Origin: the human T2T-CHM13v2.0 reference genome, Homo sapiens
Length of the DNA stretch: 64,000 nucleotides
Reading direction: 5' to 3' (one strand)
NCBI RefSeq assembly: GCF_009914755.1
Contig: NC_060931.1
Shown here: piece by piece, positions 54,284 to 64,000 of the stretch
How the letters are laid out: the number at the start of each line of letters is the position of its first letter
How positions within the stretch are numbered: the stretch's first letter is position 1
Notes under the pieces: model-generated
Seen by the model: only the letters and a program-made list of their open reading frames with translations
Told to the model about the DNA's origin: nothing
Database searches by the model: none
Position numbers and translations under genes: made by a program

Positions 54284-55982
54284 TTGATCCTTGGGCACCC
54301 ATGGATGAAGAGGCTCCGAGAGATGCTGCATAGGTGGAAAAACCAAGACCAGGAGTGGGAACCAGATCCAAAGCTGAACATTTCAGAGGATCCTGAGTGT
54401 CAGATGTCCAGGGCAGCATTGCTGATGTTCCCCAGGACTCTGACCTCAGGGACGGTTCAGAGAAGCTGCAGCTGTACGACACAGGGAAGAAAACAAAATT
54501 AAAGAGCAGAGAATTTAGGGTTTTGACAGCCCAAGGTTATAACCCTCCACCATCTAAAGAGGAGATAGCCAAGAAATTGGGAAAAAGTGAAGTCAGCACA
54601 CACCTCATTGCAATTCAGAGCATTGCTAGGATGCAGTTGTTCCATATATGTAGCAAATATTTCAACTGACATTCAGATCTTCACAAGCACCACAGGATCC
54701 CTGCTCATGAGAAGGTCTACAGTGGAAAGAAGATGGGAAAGGCTTCAGATATGGGTTGAAATAGTCATGGCACCAGAAAATCCACACTGGGAAGAAGCCC
54801 TGCTCACATCAAGCATGTAGACAATGCCTTCACTGGGCATTGGGAAGGAGGAAAGAAAGGAGGAAAGAAAGTCCTTCCTTCTGCAACATCAGAAACTTCA
54901 TAATGGAGAGAAGCCCTAGAAATGTGGGGACTTGGGGAAAACCTTCAGATATAATGGAACACTTATTCAGCATCAGAGAACCCACACTGGGGAGAAACCC
55001 TTTGAATGTAAGGAATATGAACATGCTTTTCGGTTCATGAGTGTGCATTCACACTAAGGAGAAACCCTACAAATGTAAAGGGTGTGGGTGTAGTTTTAGT
55101 CTTCCTCTGTCCTGATTCAGCATCACAGAGTCTACAGGGAGAGAAATGTTATGAATGTAAAGAGCATGCAGGGCCTTCTGCCAGAGGTGGGTAATTCTTC
55201 AGCACCAGAGATTCCATGCTGGGAAACCGTCTGTGAACTTGGGGAATGCTGGCAAAGGCTCCCTGTGTCTCTTGCTTCACAGTGCAGCAAGGAACACACA
55301 CTGGGGGAGAATTTCATGAATGCCAGGAATGTGAGAAAGCATCCAGTTGAAAAATCATCTAGGTTCTGCATCAGAGTTTGCACTGGGGAGAAACTTTATG
55401 AGTGTAAGGTGTGTGGGACAACAGCCTTCCAATGGGGCACAGCTTTCAGTTTTACTCAGCATCAAAAATTGCACTTTGGGAGGCCGAGGTGGGGGAATCA
55501 CAAGGTCAGGAGTTCAAGACCAGCCTGGCCAAGATGGTGAAACTCCATCTCTACAAGAAATATAAAAATTAGTGGGGCACGGTGGCAGGCGCCTGTAATC
55601 CCAGCTACTCGGGAGGGGAGGCTGAAGCAGGAGAATCACTTGCACCCCGGGGGCGGATATTGCAGTGAGCCGAGATCGCACCACTGCACTCCAGCTTGGG
55701 TGACAGAGTGAGACTCGGTCTCAAAAAAAAAAAAAAAATTGCACAACGGGAAGAAAGGCACCCATGGTTCTGGGCTGCTCTTTTCTGTCCCCCTCCCCTT
55801 CTTGCCAATGCTTGTGGTCTGCCCCAGTTGTGACCCTCTCCCCTCCTCCCCACCTCTAGTGCCCCTTCTCCCTCTATGCCCCTTTTATGCTATTCTTTTC
55901 TTTTGAGTACATCTCCTTCAGGACCTTGCTTCCTCTGGAAGTCACTCCTCATAGCCTGAAAGCTTTGTCTCACTCCCTATGA
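54284..55982 (+). pseudogene. ZNF619P1: Processed pseudogene of a KRAB C2H2 zinc-finger gene, ZNF619-like (5'-truncated, ~10 decayed fingers, Alu-interrupted)
   Basis: KRAB-B tail (DPWAPMDEEAPR) joined without an intron to GGKTKT...DVPQDSDLRDGSEKLQLYDTGKKTK...EEIAKKLGKSEVSTHLI. Repeated HTGEKP-type linkers (CACACTGGGGAGAAACCC). C-terminal HLLQDLA...LSHSL-stop (TGA 55980-55982) matches my recollection of ZNF619. Many stops and frameshifts. The symbol is from memory, not a search. Confidence 0.85.
55475..55733 (+). mobile_element. AluS (Sg-like), 5'-truncated, inserted in the last zinc finger
   Basis: TTTGGGAGGCCGAGG...ATCACAAGGTCAGGAG...GGCCAAGATGGTGAAA, poly-A. TSD AAAAATTGCAC (55464-55474, 55734-55744). 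Confidence 0.95.
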
Positions 55983-57254
55983 ACTCCTTTATGTTTTCAT
56001 TACCCATCAATAATGGCCCAAAGTGAGCAGGGTTCTCACTGGTTTCCCATCATGTCTTTAATGACACTTTCCTGGTCTTGCAGAAGTTATTATCACTTTC
56101 CCAACTCCTTTTCAATTTCTCACATTAAAGACCACTTTTAATGACTCTGACTCTATCCCCTGGGAAGGAAATGGACTATCTATTTAGTTTGCCCTGCTTT
56201 GGGGGTTACTGGAGTTGGAAGAGTTTGTAGAAGATTTGGGGTTTTAGGAGATTGTGTCATCACAAGTCACAGACCATTGTAATTGGAGAAGCCTTCTGGA
56301 AGAGGCCATCAGAGAAGGCACCCAGTGGTTGCCCTCGGGATGGATGATGAGCCATTTGGTTGGTCAGGGGCAAGGCTCATTGTGCGGAACCGGAGTCTTG
56401 GTATTTTTAATTGCCCTCATAATTTTTATTACCAGTTATGAGTATCCTGGGTGACTATGTCATAGACCAAGAAAATAACCTCTGAACAGAATGTGAGTGA
56501 TTAATTTAAAATTATGGCTTTAACTAGACTGGAAGGGAATGTGGTTTTTCTGTTTGGATTTCTTTTCTATTCTTATTCAGATGTCTGTTAACTTCAGTGT
56601 TCACTCCAATCCATAGATGCCAAGAGTGAAGTGGGCTGGGGCATTTCATTTCTAAAAGTACACATGGCATGGAGTCAGCAGCTTCACGCTGGGAAGTGCC
56701 CGAGAAAAGGGGAGGAGCGATGCACCCCTGGCCTGCTGAGAGGAGTCTGTGCCAGCCTCACTTCTGATGCCTCACAGCTCTCTGACACGATTGCATCCCC
56801 CAGATGCCTCACGGAGAAAATGTGAATTTGGGACTGGTGACACGTCAATTAATTTCACAACACCGGAAAGCACACTCAGGATGCTGGTCTTATCACGTGT
56901 TGGATCTCACTGGATTAGCTGTTTTCCCTCCAGTGGCTGGAGCCTAGGACCATCCTGGATGGCAGCATCTCAGACTCAGAATAGTGCAGCAACAGGGAAA
57001 GCTATTCAAAAAGTATATCCAGTGGGAAGAGAGTTCTCAAAAAATTGTATATACACTATTATTATAACAGCATGATATTATGTCTGTGGGGCAGGGCACG
57101 GGGAGATGTTTATTGCAAATGTATTTTGGTCAGGTTTAGGAATTTATACTTTAAAAAGCCAACTTTTAAGTGCATATTTTAATGAGTTTTGAGAAATGAA
57201 TACAATTGCATAGCCAAGATGCAGAAAATTTTCACCACCTAGAAAAGTATGCTT

Positions 57255-58045
57255 GGTGTCTATTGTTCCCTTCTTTATGTCCATGTGTGCTCTATGTTTA
57301 GTTCCCACTTATAAGTGAGAATATGTGGTATTTGGTTTTCTGTTTCTGTCTTAATTTGCTTAGGCTTGCAGCCATTATCCTGAAAGGACATAATTTTGTT
57401 ATTTTATAGCTGTGTAGTATTCCATGGTATATATGTACCTCATTTTCTTTATTCAGTCCACTACTGATGGGCATCTAGGCTGATTCCATGTCTTTGCTAT
57501 TGTAAATAGTGCTGTGATCAACATATGCACGCATATGTCTTTGCCGTGGAATGATCTATATCTCTTTGGGTATATACGCAAAATGGGATGGCTAGGCTGA
57601 AGGGTATTTCTGTCTTAAGTTCCTTGAGAAATCTCCAAACTGCTTTCCATGGTGGCTGAACTACTTTACATTCCCACCAGCAGTGTATAAACGAGCCGTA
57701 TTCTCTGCAACCTTACCAGAATCTGTTGTTTTTTGAACTTTTAATAGTAGCCATTCTGACTGGTGTGAGATGATATCTCATTGTGGTTTTTAATTTGCAT
57801 TTCTCTAATGATTAATGATGTTGAGTATTTTTTCATCTGCTTGTTGGCTGAGTGTATGTCTTCATTTGAGAAGTGTCTGTTCATGTCCTTTGCCCATTTT
57901 ATAATGAGGTTTTTTTGTGTGTGTGTTGACTTGTTAAAGCTTGTTATAGATTCTGGGTATTAGATCTTTGTTGGATGTGTAATTTGCAAATGTTTTCTTC
58001 CATTCTGTAGGTTGTCTGTTTACTCTGTTGATAGTTCCTTTTGGT
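57255..58045 (-). mobile_element. Old L1PA/L1PB 3' region
   Basis: TTTAGTTCCCACTTATAAGTGAGAATATGTGG...TAGCCATTCTGACTGGTGTGAGAT...TTTGAGAAGTGTCTGTTCATGTCC. Confidence 0.9.
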
Positions 58046-58414
58046 GCAAGCATCTGGAAAGCTCTCAAGTACCAGGCAAGTTATAGGGATGTATTGCTAA
58101 ATGGAGATTTGATATCTTTTATTCCTCCCATGATTTTTCTGCTGTTATTTTTTTAAGTCAGCAGTGATTGCTTTTATTGGTAAGGATATCCAGATATAGA
58201 AAAGTATACCAAATAGTACAGAATAAACATCCAAATATTTATATCAACTGGAATTTTCTCTGTGACATTGGATAAGTAGCTGAATTTTACTGAATTTTTT
58301 CATAGTTAAAATAGGAACAGCACTCTTGCCAGGAGGATCAAATGCGTAGATAGACATAAAAATGCTTCTTCACTTCTCTTCCCTCTGAATCTCCATTTCT
58401 CTTTCTATTTACTT

Positions 58415-60310
58415 GTTTTTAAATAGACTATTTTAGAATAATTTTATTTTATAGAAAAATTTATTTCTTTATAACAATCATGTTATAATTTATATTAATT
58501 TAATTTATATAATTTTTATTTATAAAGATAAATTTTATGATTTCTAATTTTAATTTATAATTTAAAAAATTTTCCATAAGTTACTGGGGTACAGGTGGTA
58601 TTTGGTTATATGAGTAAGTTATTTAGTGGTGACTTGTGAGATTTTGGTGCACCCATCATGTGAGCAGTATACACTGCACCATATTTGTAGTCTTTTATTC
58701 CTCACTCCCCTCCTACTCTTCCCCCCCAAATTCCCAAAGTCCATTGTATTATTTTTATGCCTTTGTGTCCTCATAGCTTAGCTCCCATATATCAGTGAGA
58801 ACATACAATGTTTGGTTTTCCATTCCTGAGTTACTTCATGTAGAATAATAGTCTCCAATCTCATCCAGGTCACTGCAAATGCTGTTAATTCATTCTTTTT
58901 ATGGCTGCATAGTATTCCATTGTGTATATACACACACACATATATATATATATATCACAGTTTCTTTATCCACTCATTGATTGATGGGCATTTGGTTCAT
59001 TCTATTTTATAGAAAAATTGCAAAGATAGTGCAGAGAGTTCCCATATACCTGTTTAACACCTTATATTAGTATGGTACATTTTTCACAATTAATGAATCA
59101 ACGTTGCAACACTATTATTAACTAAAGTCCATACTTTATTCAGATTTCCTTAATTTTTACCTTATGTTCTTTTTCTGATCCAGGATCCCACTGTGGATAT
59201 TGCATGGCATTTAGTCGTTATGTCTCCTCCAGCTCCTCTTGGCTGTGACAGTTTCTCAGAATTTTGTTGCTTTTGATGATCTTGACAGTTTGAGGAGGAC
59301 TGGTTAGGTGTTTTGTATAATGTCCCCTAACTGTTATTTGTCTAATGTCTTTCTCATCAACAGACTGGGGTTATAGGTTCTTGGGAGGAAGGCCACAGAG
59401 ATAGAGGGCCATTTTCATCACATCCTGTCAAGGGTAAGCACTGTCAGCATGACTTCGCCCTGTTAATGTTGACCCTGATCTCTGGCTGAGGTTATGTTGG
59501 TGATATTTCTCTACTGTCAAGTTACTTGTTTTCTTTTCATACTGTACTCTTTGGATGGAAGACACTATCAACAATCAACACTTAAGGGGTGAAGAGTTTA
59601 CTCCATCTTCTAGAGGCCAGAGTTTCTACATAAATTATTCGGAATGCTCCCGCCTAGGACATTTTTCTCTTCACCCCCATTTATTTATTTATTCAATGTT
59701 TTATTTTGATCAGTATGGACTCATGTTTATTTATTTCATATTTTGAATTATCATCCAATGTTACTTTTTGTTTTTCAAATTGTTTCAGTTTTGGCCATTG
59801 AGACCTTTTCCAGTTGGTTTCTGTGTTCCTTTGACATGCCCCCAACATGTTTGTTTTGGGTTTTATTTTCAGCACTTGCTCGCTTTTTGGCACAGTAAGA
59901 TACTTCGGGATCATCTCGTATACTTCCTGTTCCAGTCCTAGAATCAGCAATTTTTCTGAGAACCCCTGGCTCCTTTCATGAGAGAATGATGTTAGACACC
60001 AAGATCTGGGTGCCTGTGCTTGCTGGTGCTGGGGTATAGTTGCTTGCAGGCACTTTGACCTGACAGAGCAAGAAAATACATATGCATACCAACCTGCATG
60101 TGTACACATTTCTGTGTGTGCCTATCTCTACATCAAGATAAACATGAGTTCACAGTGATGTTTCCAAGACTAATCCACTACCATATGGGTCATTAGAGCC
60201 TCCTCTCTTGCTTGTTGCCTCTCCCACAGTGAGAAACCTGGCTCTTACCACCTGCCATTCATTTACTTAATTGTTCAGTTGTAGTGTACATGTATAGTGT
60301 TTTCAGAATC
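58415..60310 (-). mobile_element. L1MC-type 3'UTR, split by L1PB1
   Basis: AAATAGACTATTTTAG...AAATTGCAAAGATAGTGCAGAGAGTTCCCATATACC...; colinear with 24830-26200. Confidence 0.85.
58462..59002 (-). mobile_element. L1PB1-type 3' end with a long AT-rich tail
   Basis: TTTCCATAAGTTACTGGGGTACAGGTGGTATTTGGTTA...GAGATTTTGGTGCACCCATCA. 17-bp TSD TATTTTATAGAAAAATT (58445-58461, 59003-59019). Confidence 0.92.
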
Positions 60311-61547
60311 ATTTTTTTTGCTTACTCTATAAGCTAACCATTACCTTCTGCCTCAGCTCAGTGCTTTTGTGCTTGTGCCTTACATTCCCTACTGTAAATC
60401 CACAAAGACAAGATTTGTATATATTTGATTCTCCTTTATTTCCATTGTAGAAGAAGGAATTTATTTGTCTCATGATTTTTTAAAGAAATATTTTAGATTC
60501 CTTAAAATAGGGCCATTTTAGGAGAAGGAATTCTATGCATGTGTGGGGACAGGTGGGTGCAACTTGGAAGTTCTGTTAACAAGAAAAGCTTGTGATGATG
60601 GGTGTGAAAATGAGTGGGAGGTGGCTGTGGTGAACAAGATGTCTCCAGACTAAAGAATTACAGGAAATTATCCAGGTGGATTCAATCTATAGTATGTGTC
60701 ATTGCCACATGGAATATGGGATGACCAGATTCTAACTCAATGGTTCTAAGTCATGTTGATATCTAACACAAAGAGCAGTGACTTTTTTCTGGGCTCATGA
60801 GATAGAGGAGTCTAAAAAGCAGAGAAATGAAGAAATCACTGGGGTGAGGAAAAGGCATTTAAAAGAATTATGGGCCTTTTGGCAGAAACCAATTTTCAAG
60901 AGTTTGAGTGTAGATTGATATTTTTCCCTTCTACTTTTTCTGTATCTTCTAAATGTTCCCAAACAACAACATGTCATCTTTATAATGTAAGAAAAACATT
61001 TATTTTAAAAATATTTTGCTCAGCTGTATCACTCTGTTGCTAAAGGATATGGCTTAATTTCCATTCTTTAGCAACAGTGGCTATTGGGAAGACAAAAAAA
61101 GTGCTTAAACATTCTTCTGTAACTCCATGTTGCAATTGTAGAGAAGCTGCACTTTTTCTATCAATTTTAATATCATATGGCAAAAAGAAAAAAAGGAAAA
61201 GAGAAGTTGTATTACTTTTGAGTGTTCTACACACCAATATAAAGGAAGAGCTCAATGAAGCCTTAGCTATGTAACACCATGATGCAGAACCTTAGCTCCC
61301 TAAACCTGACTCATTCTTATGTTGTTGATATAGTGATTGAGGCTGGGGAGCCATCCTACAGTGGCAGTGTGTTCAAACATAAGATTCTGTTATTATTATT
61401 ATTATCATCATTTCAAAGAGCATGTTATTTGCTAGGTGTGAGACTTGAGAGTATAAGAAATGGAAAATGAGAGGCTCCAGTTTTTGGTACCTTTGCTATA
61501 GCAATATTTGACTTACATATCGTGAAACCAAGCACACAAGTCATACA

Positions 61548-61881
61548 CAGTCATGCATCTCTTAACAACTGAGGTGCATTCTGGGAAATGTGTCATTAAG
61601 CCATTTTGTTATTGTGCAAACATGACAGGGTATACTTATACAAACCTAGATGGTAGAGCCTACTACACACCTGGGCTATATGGTATAGCCTATTGCTCTT
61701 AGGCCACGAACCTGTACAGCATATGACTATACTGAATATTGTAGGCAGTTGTAACACGATGGGAAGCATTTGTTTATCTAAACATAGAAAGAGTACAGTA
61801 AAAATTCAGTATTATCATCTTCTGGGGCCACTATAATATAGTCCATAATTGACTAAAATGTTGTTATGCAGTACATGACTA
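61548..61881. mobile_element. Tigger3a (Golem/MER7A-type) MITE
   Basis: TIRs CAGTCATGCA...TACATGACTA; internal ACAAACCTAGATGGTAGAGCCTACTACACACCT...GGTATAGCCTATTGCTC. Confidence 0.9.
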
Positions 61882-62778
61882 TTTATATGTAAGTTGAATA
61901 AAAGAGTGGTATAGAAGTAGGAGCACTGGCCAGTGTGGCTGGAAGCTGCCCACCAGTCTCCATGTAAACAACTCAAAGGAATCTGTCCAAGCTGGACTTG
62001 TCAACAATGTTACTGAGGATTCCAGCATGACTGTAAATGCTCTGCTTTTAACTGTTCAGTTGGATGAAACTTGACAAATATTACAGTGGTGAAACTGTGA
62101 CAAAAATTAAGACATAGAGCATTCCCATCACCTCAGAAATTTCCCCTTTACTGTCCATCACCCAACTTGTCCCAGCCCCAGAAAGCTGCTGATTGCATTC
62201 AGTGACTACACATTCACTTCGATGTTTTAGATTTCCTAACAAAAAATTATACTGTATGGAGTTTTTTATGTCTGGCTTCTGTCAAAAAACAACACTCCAT
62301 GAATATTTTCAAGTTTTTGCATGATCTGGGCTTTTAAGCAAAAAGTCCTGGCCACCTGGGCTGAAGGATGATTGATGGTAACCATGTCTGGGAAGTTAGA
62401 GATGGGGAGTTATTCCAGAAACACTATGGTTCATCTGCTCTGCAGCCATTAGCTTACATTCCAAAGGGCAATGGACCTGAAGGCTTCTCCTTCCCACCTG
62501 AGAGGATCTGTTTATGTCAAAAAAAAAAAAAAACAAAAAAACCAGGTTTCTCTCTTTCCTCCAGAGGGGGAGCCAGGCAGCTGTACCAGCCACCCACATA
62601 AGCTGCAAGATTTATGATTTGGAGCTCCTTCTTGTGGCACAAACCAAATCACATGTGTAGGTGCCCACTGCTCTTCTTGCATCGTCCCATGGGGAGGGGC
62701 TGCATGGGGAACTGACACAAGATGCTCTGTGAATCATCAGGTCTGTCTTGGATCCAGAACAACATGCTTCCTGTCAGA

Positions 62779-62815
62779 ACCAACCAACCAACCAACCAAC
62801 CAACGACCCAACCAA
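62779..62815. repeat. (AACC)n simple repeat
   Basis: Directly visible. Confidence 0.85.
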
Positions 62816-63011
62816 TGCATACATGTAGAAAAGACTTCACGGCTTCTTTCCCTCAGCCTTGTTTTAGAGACCCACCCACATTCATGTGTGTATCAGTAGT
62901 GGCTTTCGTTTTATTGCTGAGTAATATTGAATTGTGTAGACACACACAAAAAAATGTCAACGGTAGACCACCATAAAAATTTTCTAGGAAAGTTCAAAAC
63001 TTATTTTTAAT

Positions 63012-63062
63012 ACACACACTCACACGCACACACACACATGCCCATACACACAAACACACACA
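63012..63062. repeat. Imperfect (CA)n
   Basis: Directly visible. Confidence 0.85.
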
Positions 63063-64000
63063 TTATGGTGGTCTACCATTGACATTTTTGACAATACTTT
63101 CATTTTAATGCCAGTAGACATACTCCTCTTGCAAATCCCACTGGCTCTAAGAAAAGCATATTCAGCTTGCATGCATGTGACCCTAAAAGTCAGGTGAAAA
63201 TCTAAAAGGAAAAGCAGGTACTCCTGTGTATTTGCCTGTGTTAGGGGGAAGAAAAACTTGGAGACTTTAGCAAAAAACAAACAAACAAACAAAACAGAAC
63301 AAAACAAAAAATCCTTCTAAGGATACATTGTCATTTCTCCTAAACATTCGGGCCATTATCAGCAGGCTGTGGTGTTAAGTCTTGTTTTTTCCTTTCTCAC
63401 TTCCATTTTTAGCCCACAGAACTAAATCTAACTCATTTTAGGTAGTGCAATGTGAGACACATCATTTGATGCTTCTGACACTGAGGTCCCACAGCTGTGA
63501 AGGAGTGTCATGTTCCCTGGTCCACCCACCATTTAGGGCATCAAATCCTGGGGCTCTCTACACAAACAGATCTTGTAGATCTACATGTTTCTGACAACTA
63601 TGTTGCAGCAGATAGCAACTACTTGCTGGAGGAAGGGTGGCTTTTCTAATGCATTGTAAAGGCAGTTTGGGCTGGTTGTGGAACAGAAAGTGCTGTGTGG
63701 ACTGGATGACTGTTCTAGCCACACACTGTGGAGGGTGAGGTGCCCGCTCCTTCCACAGTGTCACAAGTTGATGTCGAGCCTGCAGAGCAGAAGCTGTGAA
63801 GCACCTGCCTCTCCTGAGGGCAGCCTGGAGGCATCACCTGCTGAGTTGTCTCTACCAAGCTGAAACACACACAGAAACCTCCTTTAGCAATTCTCCACGT
63901 GGACCAGTCACTGGAATTGCAGTGCCCTGGGCAAGAGATTAGTGAGATTTCACCAGCTAAGCAGGGCTGGGCTTTAGTAATGCTTGTTAGGGGATTTCCA

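Noticed and set aside
56124-56129. ATTAAA as the poly(A) signal marking the end of the ZNF retrocopy
   Set aside because: No A tail or TSD follows, so the 3' boundary of the pseudogene cannot be fixed from the sequence alone.

Overview
Primate (most likely human) intergenic or intronic DNA. It is AT-rich, CpG-depleted and dominated by nested interspersed repeats: old L1M and younger L1PB/L1PA LINEs, eight Alu copies or fragments, solo LTRs (MLT1C, MLT2A, THE1, MLT1A/MST, MER39-like), Tigger4a, Tigger3a, and MIR/L2 relics. No intact protein-coding gene is supported. The long ORFs in the track are L1 ORF2 pieces, pseudogene remnants or chance ORFs. The only gene-derived feature is a decayed, intron-less KRAB zinc-finger retrocopy (~54284-55982) that I recognise from memory as ZNF619-like (probably ZNF619P1). 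I found no convincing new biological system. The most interesting signals are mutational or retrotransposition scars: (1) a ~120-bp inverted copy of sequence 2.4 kb upstream embedded inside an AluJ; (2) a U2 snRNA 5' end fused to ~320 bp of unassigned sequence; (3) an unidentified 73-bp poly(A)-tailed, TSD-flanked retro-insert ending in ACA+3 nt; (4) a twin-primed L1PA; (5) an in-place micro-inversion within an old L1; (6) a compound 122-bp tandem repeat; (7) a possible L1 3' transduction. Subfamily names and protein identities come from recalled consensus sequences, not from a search, and boundaries of old repeats are approximate.
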